Positions 20,215 through 29,906 of a stretch of 64,000 bases of DNA are shown here, piece after piece (the stretch's first letter is position 1; each line of letters opens with the position of its first letter). A program made the translations under genes and the position numbers. A model generated the notes under the pieces. It saw only the letters and a program-made list of their open reading frames with translations, was not told where the DNA came from and did not search any database. The DNA lies in contig DATBCD010000025.1 of the NCBI GenBank assembly GCA_036270655.1, positions 20,827 to 84,826 on the forward strand. Direction: 5' to 3'. Source of the DNA: Burkholderiaceae bacterium (GTDB taxonomy: Bacteria > Pseudomonadota > Gammaproteobacteria > Burkholderiales > Burkholderiaceae_F).

Positions 20215-21909
20215 TCAGGACCCGCCGTGGCCCGACGCCGCCATATGGAACAGCTTCAGCAGCAGCAGGCCGGCAGCGATCGCCAGGTACGCCCGCAACA
20301 CGACCATCCAGACGCGATTGACCAACGTCAGACGGGCCGGCGGCAACTGATCCAGCGGCGGCATTCTCCAGTCCGATCGCGACTCGCCTGGCACCGCAGG
20401 CTGGTCGGACGCACGGGACCCCTTGGCCTTCTCGACCAGGTGCACGCCGACTGTCACGGCGGCGCCCAGCACGCTGCCGCCGACCAGGACCGCCAGGATC
20501 TGGGCGTCACTGGTGTCCGGAAACAGCACCGACGCGGTCAGGATCACCGACAGCATCAACAGGACCGCGATGATGGCCGCCGTGAACAGGTTGACGGCGC
20601 GCCCGTTGACCCACGGACCGAGCACCGTCTTGTCGTTGCACAGGAGCAGCAGAAACACGGTGGCGCTTGGAAGCAGCACGCCAGCCAGCGTCTGGACCAT
20701 GTTGGTCAGCAGCCCAAGTGGCGTGCCAGGGGTCAGCACCAGGGCCGCGGCGACCGCGATCAGTCCGAAAAAGAACGCGTAGAAGCCCACGGCGTCGGTC
20801 GGCTTGCGGTGCAGCGAATGGCGGATCGACAGCACGTCGCCCAGTGCGTAGGCGGTCGACAGGGAAACGGCAGCGGCCCCGATGATGCAGGCATCGATCA
20901 GCGCGAGAGCGAACAGGACCGCGGGGGTGCGCCCGAAGTACTTCTGCATCCCCGCGGCCACGGCGCCGGCGTCGGCAAAATGGCCGAATTCGGGCCGGCC
21001 AGCGAAAGTGGCGGCGGAAAACCCCATCATCGCGACCGCGCCCACGACGACCAGCACGATGCCGAGCCACAGGTCGACCCGCTCGTAACGGATGAAGCGC
21101 GGCGTGATCCGCTTGTCGATCACGTAGCTTTGCTGGAAGAACAGCTGCCAGGGGGCCACCGTGGTGCCGACGATCGCGATGACCAGCAGCATCACCTCGT
21201 TCAGCTTGCCGCCGTGGGGCAGCTGCGGGATCAGGAAGTCGTGCGCCACCTCGCCCAGCGGGGGCGGGATCATCACGAGTACCGGAACCAGCAGCAGGCT
21301 GCCGAATACCAGGAAAAGGGCGAAGCGCTCGAAGCGGCGGAAATCCCCGGTGCTGGCAGCCGCCATGATCAGCAGCGCCGAGATCGACACGCCCCAGAAC
21401 TTCGAAAGGCCCAGAGTGCCGAGGGCCAGGCTGATGCCGATGAACTCCGTGACGATCGTCAGGGCGTTCAGCAGGAACAGGTCGATGATGCTGAAGGTGC
21501 CCCAGAACCTGCCGAACCGCTCGAAGATCAGCCGGGCGTGCCCGACGCCGGTGACCGCGCCCAGCCGCAGCACCATTTCCTGGTTCACATACAGAACCGG
21601 TACCAGCAGCAGCAGCGTCCAAAGCAGCGACGTGCCGTAATTCTGCCCGGCCTGCGTATAGGTGCTGAAGGCGCCGGCGTCGTTGTCGCCCACCATCACG
21701 ATCAGCCCCGGCCCGAGGATCGCCAGCAGCGTCCGCACCCTGTGACCGAGGGTGCGGCGCGGCTGGACGTCGTGGTGCGCGATCGTGCCGAGCGCGCCGC
21801 GGATGTCGCCCACGTGGGCGCTGTCGAGCACGGCGCGCTCGACCGGTGCCACCGGGGTGGCGCGCAGAACGGCGGTGTTTCGGAAGTACACGGCAGCCTC
21901 CCGAAGCAT
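20215..21909 (-). CDS. NRAMP family divalent metal cation transporter with extra C-terminal TM region
   Basis: Start ATG 21909. LAILGPGLIVMVGDNDAGAFSTYTQAGQNYG is the NRAMP DPGN-type motif region. About 130 extra C-terminal residues with further hydrophobic segments. Confidence 0.8.
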   Translation of the reverse strand: MLREAAVYFRNTAVLRATPVAPVERAVLDSAHVGDIRGALGTIAHHDVQPRRTLGHRVRTLLAILGPGLIVMVGDNDAGAFSTYTQAGQNYGTSLLWTLLLLVPVLYVNQEMVLRLGAVTGVGHARLIFERFGRFWGTFSIIDLFLLNALTIVTEFIGISLALGTLGLSKFWGVSISALLIMAAASTGDFRRFERFALFLVFGSLLLVPVLVMIPPPLGEVAHDFLIPQLPHGGKLNEVMLLVIAIVGTTVAPWQLFFQQSYVIDKRITPRFIRYERVDLWLGIVLVVVGAVAMMGFSAATFAGRPEFGHFADAGAVAAGMQKYFGRTPAVLFALALIDACIIGAAAVSLSTAYALGDVLSIRHSLHRKPTDAVGFYAFFFGLIAVAAALVLTPGTPLGLLTNMVQTLAGVLLPSATVFLLLLCNDKTVLGPWVNGRAVNLFTAAIIAVLLMLSVILTASVLFPDTSDAQILAVLVGGSVLGAAVTVGVHLVEKAKGSRASDQPAVPGESRSDWRMPPLDQLPPARLTLVNRVWMVVLRAYLAIAAGLLLLKLFHMAASGHGGS

Positions 21910-22082
21910 CAGCGTCGGGAAACGCCGACCAGCAGCGCGTAGACCCCAGGGCACGCAGTTTGACCCGCGCCTGCGTGCGGACGGTGGGCCACGCGCGCCT
22001 GCCCGGCCCGCGCGCCGGTGCTCCGGGACTTGATAGCGGCGGCGAGCCGCCGGAGGAATTTCAGTTCGGCTTTCAAGGTCAT
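21909..22082 (-). CDS. candidate 57-aa upstream ORF translationally coupled to the NRAMP gene
   Basis: Near-consensus SD AAGAGGTGATC (22096-22086) 3 nt upstream of ATG 22082. Stop overlaps the NRAMP ATG as TGATG. Third-position GC 45/57. No homologue recognised. Confidence 0.35.
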   Translation of the reverse strand: MTLKAELKFLRRLAAAIKSRSTGARAGQARVAHRPHAGAGQTACPGVYALLVGVSRR

Positions 22083-22289
22083 TTCGATCACCTCTTGAGT
22101 CCAGCCGACCGCCGCAGGCGGCGCCCGGCCCGGCCGCATTAAGCGGCCGACGTTCAGGCCCGCAGACCATGGTCGACCTCGCGCCGAACGCGAAACGACC
22201 TGATCCGTCAGTCAAACCGATGGGAGGTGGTCAAAGCCCGCCGCTGGGGCGAGCAGACTGCCAGGTGTTGCTTGCTTGACGCACCGTCC

Positions 22290-22596
22290 CGCTATTCCAG
22301 CGGGACGGCGGTGTGAGACATGGACTCTTGCCGCGGATCCAGCTGGTTACTCCAAAGATCTACTAGGCCCACAGTCCATGGGGTATGCCCCGAAGTTGCA
22401 AACATCCAAATAATGGCGTCGCACTGCACCAAAGTCAACCTCGGATTCAGAAAAATTGCAACGAGTTGTCGCGATGAACGCGCGGTAAACTGAAATAGCG
22501 GCCAGCTGTCGGCCCAAGCGCTGTCGCGTGCGGTCGGCCGAAACACTCAGTTGAGAGCTCTAACGATTCGGCCGGAGGGCGATCGGGGGAGTCGTC
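22290..22596. promoter_or_regulatory. AT-enriched island in the 687-bp NRAMP / RND divergent intergenic region
   Basis: Visibly lower GC than its surroundings. Contains hairpin CCGTCCCGC-tattcca-GCGGGACGG (22284-22308) and two TTGCAA hexamers. GGGGGAG SD before ATG 22597. Confidence 0.4.
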
Positions 22597-23763
22597 ATGC
22601 CAGCACACGAGCATGCGCCAAGCTCTCGCGGCGGGGCTTTTCTTTGGTCCGGCATCGGTTTTGGCCTGCTGCTGGTCGTTGGTCTGTTCACGAAGGGCTT
22701 CGGGCTGCTGGGTGGCACCCATAACGCGGCCGAGGAACCGGCAGAGGCGGTCCACCAGGGGGACAAGATCATCGTTCCCGAAGGTTCGCCCTTGCGAAAC
22801 CGGCTGACCGTGATGCCGGCGCCAGCGCAGGAGACCCACTCGAAACTGGTCCTGCCCGGGATCGTCGAGCCGAATCCGGCACGCATATCCGCAGTGCTCA
22901 CGCCGCTGGGCGGCCGCGTCCTGGACCTGAAGGTCGCGCTGGGCGATCGCGTCGCGCGCGGCCAGCCTCTGGCGGTGATCGATTCGCCCGACCTGGCGCA
23001 AGCCTACGACGACAACGACAAGGCGTCGGACCTGTTCGAGCTGACCGCGAAGAACCTCGAACGCCAGGAAGGTCAGTACAAGCTCGGGGCCGCCTCGGAC
23101 CGGGATCTGGATCAGGCTCGCAGCGACCACGCGCAGGCGGCGGCTGAATACGAGCGAACCCGGGCGCGCCTGAAGATCCTGGGTGTCGGCGTCGCGTCCA
23201 GCGACCGCTCGCGCCTGCTCACCGTCAGGGCGCCGGTCAGTGGCAGCGTCACAACGCTCACGGTCTCTCCCGGCAACATGGTCAACGATCCGACGCAGCC
23301 GTTGATGACGATAGCCGATCTGTCGACCATCTGGGTCACGGCACTGGTTCCCGAAAAGGATGTTGCAGCGGTCAGCAAGGATCAGGACGCCGAGGTCGGT
23401 CTGGTGGCCTATCCCGACCGGCCGCTGCGCGGCAAGGTTCTGTTCGTGTCCGACGTGGTCGAGGCCGACACGCGCCGCAACAAGCTCAGGATCGCTTTTC
23501 CCAACGCCGACTACGCGCTCAAGCCGAACATGTTCGCGACGGTGACGCTGCTGGGGCCGAAGCGCAGCCGTGTTGTCCTGCCCAGCTCGGCGCTGCTGAT
23601 AAACAACGACAGAACGACCGTGTTCGTCGCCACGGCCCCGTGGACTTTCGAGCGCCGCACGGTCGTGCCGCAGCTCGAAGAAGGCGCCTCGGTTGCAATC
23701 AGCTCCGGCCTGAGCGCCGGCGAACAGGTGGTCGTCAAGGGCGGAATTCTCCTCAATGATTGA
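22597..23763 (+). CDS. efflux RND transporter periplasmic adaptor subunit
   Basis: N-terminal TM. VLDLKVALGDRVARGQPLAVIDSPDL lipoyl-like motif, coiled-coil hairpin, beta-barrel C-terminus. Overlaps the next gene by 8 nt. Confidence 0.85.
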   Translation: MPAHEHAPSSRGGAFLWSGIGFGLLLVVGLFTKGFGLLGGTHNAAEEPAEAVHQGDKIIVPEGSPLRNRLTVMPAPAQETHSKLVLPGIVEPNPARISAVLTPLGGRVLDLKVALGDRVARGQPLAVIDSPDLAQAYDDNDKASDLFELTAKNLERQEGQYKLGAASDRDLDQARSDHAQAAAEYERTRARLKILGVGVASSDRSRLLTVRAPVSGSVTTLTVSPGNMVNDPTQPLMTIADLSTIWVTALVPEKDVAAVSKDQDAEVGLVAYPDRPLRGKVLFVSDVVEADTRRNKLRIAFPNADYALKPNMFATVTLLGPKRSRVVLPSSALLINNDRTTVFVATAPWTFERRTVVPQLEEGASVAISSGLSAGEQVVVKGGILLND

Positions 23764-26700
23764 TCAATTCGTCGGAATCTGCCTGCACCGGCGAGTTGCA
23801 GTCATCGTCCTGGCGTTGCTGGTGACCGCATTCGGCGTTTACGCCTGGAAAACCCTGTCCGTCGAGGCCTATCCCGAGCTTGGCGACGTCGCCGCCCAGG
23901 TGACCACGCAGGTGCCGGGGCTTGCCGCCGAAGAGGTGGAGCAGCTGATCACGGTGCCGCTGGAGCGGCAGATCAACGGCACGCCGGGACTGCTGCTGAT
24001 GCGCTCGAGCAGCACTTTCGGCCTGTCTTTAATCACGGTTCTGTTTCGCGACGGCTACGAGGATTACTGGGCGCGCCAGCGCCTGCTGGAGCGCATCAAT
24101 CAAGCGGTGTTGCCGTCCGGAGCGTCGCCCTCGCTCGACCCGGTGGCCGGTCCAGGCGGTGAAATCTACCGCTACACGCTGGAGTCCGACACCAGAAATC
24201 TTCAGGAGCTGTCCGAAATCCAGCGCTGGATCGTGATCCCCGCGCTCAAGTCGGTGCCGGGCGTGGTCGACGACACCAATTTTGGCGGCTTCACGACCAA
24301 TTACCAGCTCGATCTGGATCCCACTCAACTGCAACACTACGGTCTGGGGATCACCGATGTGATCAACACCATCAACAACAACAACGCCAATGCCGGCGGT
24401 GGGCGCGTCTCGCGCGGAGACCAGAGTTATGTGATCCGCGGCGTCGGGCTGATGCGCAGCCTGGCCGATATCGGCTCGACGGTGGTCACGCAGGTCAACG
24501 GCACGCCGGTGCTGGTGCGCGACCTGGGCCGCACCACCCTCAGTCACCAGGAGCGCGAAGGCATCCTGGGAAAGGATACCAATCCCGACACGATCGAAGG
24601 CATCGTCCTGATGCTGAAGTACCAGAACCCGTCGCAAACGCTGCGCGGCATTCACGCCAAGGTGGCCGAGCTGAACAGGCAGCTCGCAGCCAGAGACGTC
24701 CGGATCGTGCCCTATATCGACCGCGACGATCTGGTGCGGGCAACCATCAACAAGGTCGGCCGCACCATTGGCGAGGGCATCGGTCTGGTCTTTCTGATCC
24801 TGATTCTCTTTCTCGGCAGCCCGCGCAGCGCGCTTGTGGTGGCGGTCACCATCCCGTTCGCGCTGGTCGCGGTGTTTTCGATGCTCAACCTCACGAAGGT
24901 ATCGGCCAACCTGCTGTCGCTCGGCGCGATCGATTTCGGCATCCTGGTCGACGGGGCGATCGTGGTGACCGAAGCCGTGCTGCGCCGGCGCGAGGCCATG
25001 CCCGATGAGGAACTGAGCGAAAGCGAAGTCAAGGCCGCGGCGCTGCAAGTGACGCGGCCGATCTTCTTCGCCAGCCTGATCATCGTCACCGCGTATCTTC
25101 CGCTGTTCTCGTTCGAACGAGCCGAAGCCAAGCTCTTCACGCCGATGGCCTACACGATGGGCTACGCCCTGATGGGGGCGCTGCTGGCGTCGCTGGCCCT
25201 GGTGCCCGGTCTGGCCTATTACGCGTTCCGCCAGCCCGGTACCGTGTATCGCAACCGATGGCTGGAAGGCCTGACGCGCGTCTATGACCGCATGCTCGAG
25301 TCCTGCCTGGAGCAACCCCGCATCGTGTACGGCATAGCCATCTTTGCCTTGATGGCGGTGATCGGGTTCGGCGCCACCATCGGCCGCGAGTTTCTGCCGG
25401 ACCTGGACGAGGGCGCGCTCTGGCTCCAGGTGCAGATGCCCACCGGCCTGGGGCTGAACAAGGCCAGCGACATGGCGAGCGATCTGCGGCGGGCGGTTCT
25501 CAAATATCCGGAAGTCTCCTATGTAGTCACCCAGACCGGTCGCAACGACGACGGCACCGATCCCTGGACCATGTCGCATGTCGAAGCGCCCGTGGGGCTG
25601 AAGCCTTACGACACGTGGGCGGCAGGCGAGTCCAAGAGGCAGTTCGTCGACCGGTTTGCCGCGGGACTGGCGCGCGACCTGCCCGGGTATTCGATCGGCA
25701 TCAGTCAGCCGATCATCGACGGGGTCAACGACCTGATCGGCGGCGCCCACAGCCCTTTGGTGATCAAGATCTTCGGTGACGATCTGGATATGCTGCGCAA
25801 CATCGGAGGCCAGATCGTCACGGTCCTTTACACGATTGAGGGGACGTCGAGCGCATCCATCTTCCAGGAACCTCCGATTCCGCAGGTGGAGGTCAAGCTG
25901 GATCGCGAGAAAGCCGCGCGCTACGGCGTCAACATGACCGACCTGCAGAACGTGATCCAGACCGGAGTCGGCCAGGCGCCGGTGTCCACCGTGTACGTGG
26001 GCGAGAGAACCTATCCTCTGACCGTCCGCTTCGTCCAGCAGGCACGCGACCGCCCCGAGGCTCTGGGCAACCTGCTGGTCAGCACCGCCGGCGGCGTGCA
26101 AGTGCCGCTGTCCCAGCTCGCCGTAATCCGCGTCAGGTCCGGCGAGAGCACTGTCACCCGCGAGAACGGCCAGCGCAACCTGACGATCCGGATCGACAAC
26201 CGCGACCGCGATCTGACCTCGTACCTGGCAGAGGCCCAGGCCAAGATCGCCGCCCGCGTGCATTTCGACGACGACAAGATCAAGCTGGAGTGGGGCGGTC
26301 AATTCGAGAACCAGCGGCGCGCGGAAGCGCGGCTGCTGGTGATCCTGGCGCTCGTGCTGGGCCTGATGCTGATCTTCCTGACTGTCGGGATGCACTCTCT
26401 GCGGCAGGCCGCGCTGATTCTGGGTGTCGTGCCCCTTGCGACTCTGGGCGGCTTGATCTCGCTTCGTGTTACGGGGCAGAACCTCAACGTCGCAAGCGGC
26501 GTCGGCTTCATCGCCTTGTTCGGAGTCGCCGTGCAGAACGGGATCATCATGGTGTCGAACCTGAACCGGATGCGCAAAGCCGGCCTGGAGCTGCACGAGG
26601 CCATCATGAAGGGCGCCACCGAGCGCCTGCGGCCGGTGCTGATGACGGCGACCGTGGCAACCCTGGGTATGCTGCCGGCGGCGATCCATACAGGTGTCGG

Positions 26701-26851
26701 CAGCGACGTGCAGCGGGGAATCGCCACGGTGGTTGTGGGCGGGCTGGCGATCTCGACCGTACTGACTTTGTTCGTTCTGCCTTCGATGTACCACGTGATC
26801 GAGCATTGGGCCGAGGGGCGCCATGGTCAGGCGCGATGGGGTTTGCGATGA
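23756..26851 (+). CDS. RND efflux permease, CzcA/CusA (HME-like) family
   Basis: 1031 aa. N-terminus and FGLSLITVLFRDGYEDYWARQRLLERI are CzcA-like. TM4 AIDFGILVDGAIVVTE matches the HME DFG-x3-DGA-x4-E charge-relay pattern. Confidence 0.85.
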   Translation: MIDQFVGICLHRRVAVIVLALLVTAFGVYAWKTLSVEAYPELGDVAAQVTTQVPGLAAEEVEQLITVPLERQINGTPGLLLMRSSSTFGLSLITVLFRDGYEDYWARQRLLERINQAVLPSGASPSLDPVAGPGGEIYRYTLESDTRNLQELSEIQRWIVIPALKSVPGVVDDTNFGGFTTNYQLDLDPTQLQHYGLGITDVINTINNNNANAGGGRVSRGDQSYVIRGVGLMRSLADIGSTVVTQVNGTPVLVRDLGRTTLSHQEREGILGKDTNPDTIEGIVLMLKYQNPSQTLRGIHAKVAELNRQLAARDVRIVPYIDRDDLVRATINKVGRTIGEGIGLVFLILILFLGSPRSALVVAVTIPFALVAVFSMLNLTKVSANLLSLGAIDFGILVDGAIVVTEAVLRRREAMPDEELSESEVKAAALQVTRPIFFASLIIVTAYLPLFSFERAEAKLFTPMAYTMGYALMGALLASLALVPGLAYYAFRQPGTVYRNRWLEGLTRVYDRMLESCLEQPRIVYGIAIFALMAVIGFGATIGREFLPDLDEGALWLQVQMPTGLGLNKASDMASDLRRAVLKYPEVSYVVTQTGRNDDGTDPWTMSHVEAPVGLKPYDTWAAGESKRQFVDRFAAGLARDLPGYSIGISQPIIDGVNDLIGGAHSPLVIKIFGDDLDMLRNIGGQIVTVLYTIEGTSSASIFQEPPIPQVEVKLDREKAARYGVNMTDLQNVIQTGVGQAPVSTVYVGERTYPLTVRFVQQARDRPEALGNLLVSTAGGVQVPLSQLAVIRVRSGESTVTRENGQRNLTIRIDNRDRDLTSYLAEAQAKIAARVHFDDDKIKLEWGGQFENQRRAEARLLVILALVLGLMLIFLTVGMHSLRQAALILGVVPLATLGGLISLRVTGQNLNVASGVGFIALFGVAVQNGIIMVSNLNRMRKAGLELHEAIMKGATERLRPVLMTATVATLGMLPAAIHTGVGSDVQRGIATVVVGGLAISTVLTLFVLPSMYHVIEHWAEGRHGQARWGLR

Positions 26852-28338
26852 GACCCCGTCTCGCCGTCGGGGCATTGGCGGTGGCGCTCTGGGCCTGCGC
26901 GGCAGGGCCTGATTTCAAGCGCCCGGCACCCCCTGCTGCCCCAGGCTATGGCAGCGCCTCGCAGCAGGCGCAAACCGTGCCAGTGGAGGGAACCGGGGGC
27001 AGCGCCCAGCGCTTCGTGACCGGCCTGGATATTCCGGCGCAATGGTGGACCCTGTTTCGGTCGCCCCAGCTGAACGCCCTGGTCGAGCAGTCGTTGAAAG
27101 GCAATCCGAACGTCGACGCGGCTCGCGCCGCGCTGCGCCAGGCGCGCGAGCTTTATCTGGCGCAGCGGACGGCCTACTTTCCGACCCTCCAGGGAAACTT
27201 GAGCGCGTCGCGCAACAAGGATGCCTTGAGCGCGATCGCCAATCCCACGGTCTCGCCCGATGCGACTTACAGCCTGTTCACCGCCCAGCTGGTGCTGACT
27301 TATGTGCCGGATGTGTTCGGCAGCAACCGGCGTTCCGTGGAGGCGGCCCAGGCACAGCTCGAGGCCAGCCGTTTCCAGCTCGAAGCCACGTACCTGACTC
27401 TCAGCAGTAACGTGGTCGTTACGGCCGTACAGGAAGCCTCTTTGCGCGACCAGATCGCCGCCACCGAGCGGCTGCTGCAATTGCAGCACCAGCTCACCGA
27501 GACGGTGCGCGGCCAGCGCGCGCTGGGCACAGCCAGCCAGCTCGATCTTCTGGCGCAGCAATCGGCCGAGGCGCAGACCGCCCAGACCCTGCCGCCCTTG
27601 CACAAGCAGCTCGGTCAGACGCGCGATGCCTTGACCGCTCTGCTGGGTCGGCTGCCGGCCGAGGAGCCGGAACAAACCTTCCGCCTGGAGGAATTGACTC
27701 TGCCTGCCGACCTGCCGGTCAGCCTGCCCTCGAAGCTGATCGAACAGCGCCCGGATGTGCGCCAGGCCGAAGAGAATCTGCACGCCGCATCGGCGCAAGT
27801 GGGCGTAGCCCTGGCCAACATGCTGCCCCAGTTCACCCTCGTGGGCAACATCGGATCGAGCTCGCTGCAATTGGACCGGATGTTCACGCCGGGCAATGCA
27901 TTCTGGGGTATGGGCGCCTCGCTGAGCCAGACGCTCTTCGATTCCGGTGCGCTGCTGCATCGGCGACGGGCGGCAGACGCCGCCCTCGATCAGGCGGGGG
28001 CGCAATACCGGGCCGCGGTGATCCTCGCATGCCAGAACGTGGCCGACAGCTTGCGTGCCTTGCAGGCGGACGCCGATGCGCTGAAAGCGACCGCCGAAGC
28101 CGATCGCGCGGCCAAGGCGACGTTCGATCTGGCGTGGCGTCAACGCGAGCTCGGCACGATCAGCCTGGTGGCGGTGCTGAACGCGGAGCAGACCTACCAG
28201 CAGGCCGAGCTTGCGTTGATCCAGGCTCGCGCCAATCGCTATTCCGACACGGCCGGCCTGTTTCAGGCGCTCGGGGGCGGCTGGTGGAATCGTCAGGAGG
28301 AAATCGCAAATGAACGGCCTGGTCCTGCGGCAAGATAG
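26848..28338 (+). CDS. efflux transporter outer-membrane factor lipoprotein (NodT family)
   Basis: ATGA overlap with the RND stop. Lipobox LAVALWAC. PDFKRP..., QWWTLFRSPQLNALVEQSL, C-terminal FQALGGGWW. Confidence 0.85.
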   Translation: MRPRLAVGALAVALWACAAGPDFKRPAPPAAPGYGSASQQAQTVPVEGTGGSAQRFVTGLDIPAQWWTLFRSPQLNALVEQSLKGNPNVDAARAALRQARELYLAQRTAYFPTLQGNLSASRNKDALSAIANPTVSPDATYSLFTAQLVLTYVPDVFGSNRRSVEAAQAQLEASRFQLEATYLTLSSNVVVTAVQEASLRDQIAATERLLQLQHQLTETVRGQRALGTASQLDLLAQQSAEAQTAQTLPPLHKQLGQTRDALTALLGRLPAEEPEQTFRLEELTLPADLPVSLPSKLIEQRPDVRQAEENLHAASAQVGVALANMLPQFTLVGNIGSSSLQLDRMFTPGNAFWGMGASLSQTLFDSGALLHRRRAADAALDQAGAQYRAAVILACQNVADSLRALQADADALKATAEADRAAKATFDLAWRQRELGTISLVAVLNAEQTYQQAELALIQARANRYSDTAGLFQALGGGWWNRQEEIANERPGPAAR

Positions 28339-29077
28339 TCACGGCGCAGCGACGCTGACGCTGAACCGCCCCGACAAGCTCAACGCGCTCTCCAAGGACC
28401 TGTTCGAAGCCCTGGAAGAGCACGTCGACGCGCTCGGCCGCGAGACAAAGACCGTCGGCCTCGTGATCGTCCGCGGCGCCGGGGGCAATTTCTCGTCGGG
28501 CTACGACCTGGTCGAAACGCTCCAGCAGGTCAAGGCTCACGCCAAGCCCCACTATCATTCCGAAGTCATCGAAAAGCTGTACAACCTTCCGCAACCGGTG
28601 ATCTCCGCGGTTCAGGGATACTGCTCGACCGGGGCCCTGGAGCTCGCCCTGGCGGCCGACCTGATCGTCGCTTCCGAATCGGCTAAGTTCTCGGACGTCT
28701 ATACACGCTGGGGCCTCACCCCGATCTGGGGCTTGAGCATGCGATTGCCACACCGCGTCGGCACCGCCAAGGCCGCCGAGATGATTTACACATCCCGCAC
28801 CTATTCCGGAACCCAGGCGCAGGACATGCATCTGGTCAATTTCTGCTTCCCCGACGATCGCTTCGAAGCCGATCTGGCCGAACTTTGCAAGGACGTTCTG
28901 GCCAATTCGTGGTACGCGAACCAGGTCAACAAGCGCGCGTTGATGGCCGCCGATGGCCTGACCCTGGCCGAAGCCCACGCGCTCGAGATGTTCAAGAACG
29001 AAGGCGTGGCGCCGGATGCGCAGCAGCGCATCGCACGATTTCTCGCCAAGCGCAAACCTCCAGCGGGGGCGAGATAG
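28310..29077 (+). CDS. enoyl-CoA hydratase/isomerase (crotonase) family protein
   Basis: AGGAGG (28295-28300) inside the OMF 3' end. LTLNRPDKLNALS, VRGAGGNFSSGYDL and GYCSTGALELALAADLIVAS are crotonase-fold motifs. Confidence 0.85.
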   Translation: MNGLVLRQDSHGAATLTLNRPDKLNALSKDLFEALEEHVDALGRETKTVGLVIVRGAGGNFSSGYDLVETLQQVKAHAKPHYHSEVIEKLYNLPQPVISAVQGYCSTGALELALAADLIVASESAKFSDVYTRWGLTPIWGLSMRLPHRVGTAKAAEMIYTSRTYSGTQAQDMHLVNFCFPDDRFEADLAELCKDVLANSWYANQVNKRALMAADGLTLAEAHALEMFKNEGVAPDAQQRIARFLAKRKPPAGAR

Positions 29078-29078
29078 C

Positions 29079-29861
29079 TTGAGCAAGGTCGCAACGAACA
29101 ACGCCGCTGTCATCGCCTGGGCCTTATTTCTGGCCTTGCTCGGATGCGGACGCTCCGCGAGCGCCCAGACCGATGAGATTCAGGTCTATGACGCCACGAT
29201 CAACGCGCCGGGGCAATTCAGCGTCCAGTTGCATAACAACTACACGCCGATCGGGCGGCGGGAGCCGGCTTTCCCGGGTGGCGTCGTTCCGAACCACGCA
29301 TGGAACGGCGTGCCCGAATGGGCCTATGGCGTTACCGACTGGTTCGAGCTCGGCACCTATCTGCCGCTTTACACCCGGACCAATGAGGGGCGGTTCGAAT
29401 TGGACGGCGCCAAGCTGCGGGCGCTGTTCGTCGTGCCGCATGCCAGAGAGCGCACGTGGTTCTACGGCCTCAATTTCGAGCTCAGCTTCAATGCGCGGCA
29501 CTGGGAAGATACGCGCAGGTCGGGCGAGATCCGGCCGATCATCGGCACCCATCTGGGGCCCTGGGACCTGATCGCCAATCCGATCATCGACACCGGGTTC
29601 AACGGCGTGCGCCACCTCGATTTCGCGCCCGCGGAACGGGTCGCCTACAACTTTTCGCCGCTCTGGGCGGTCGCCCTGGAGCATTACGCAGACTATGGCT
29701 TCGTCAGCGGCTTTAACCCGCTGCCGCAACAGGATCAAACGGGCTTCGCCGTCATCGACTATAACGGAGCGCCCAACAGCGTCGAGTTCGGCATCGGGCA
29801 CGGCTTTACCGAAGCGTCCGACGGGCTCGTGCTCAGGCTCATGATCACCCATGAGTTCTGA
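29079..29861 (+). CDS. outer-membrane channel, MetA-pathway-of-phenol-degradation-like (PF13557-like) transporter
   Basis: TTG 29079, 1 nt after the ECH stop. Signal peptide AVIAWALFLALLGCGRSASA. TDEIQVYDATINAPGQFSVQLHNNY and C-terminal ...LRLMITHEF. Confidence 0.55.
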   Translation: MSKVATNNAAVIAWALFLALLGCGRSASAQTDEIQVYDATINAPGQFSVQLHNNYTPIGRREPAFPGGVVPNHAWNGVPEWAYGVTDWFELGTYLPLYTRTNEGRFELDGAKLRALFVVPHARERTWFYGLNFELSFNARHWEDTRRSGEIRPIIGTHLGPWDLIANPIIDTGFNGVRHLDFAPAERVAYNFSPLWAVALEHYADYGFVSGFNPLPQQDQTGFAVIDYNGAPNSVEFGIGHGFTEASDGLVLRLMITHEF

Positions 29862-29906
29862 TGCGCTGGCCCACGCGGGGGGTTGCGCCGAACGCCGGGA
29901 CGCATT

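Noticed and set aside
22292-22546. 84-aa minus-strand ORF inside the AT-rich NRAMP/RND intergenic island
   Set aside because: There is no SD. Its composition (about half GC by eye) is atypical for coding sequence in this genome, there is no family resemblance, and the region is better explained as a promoter/regulatory region.
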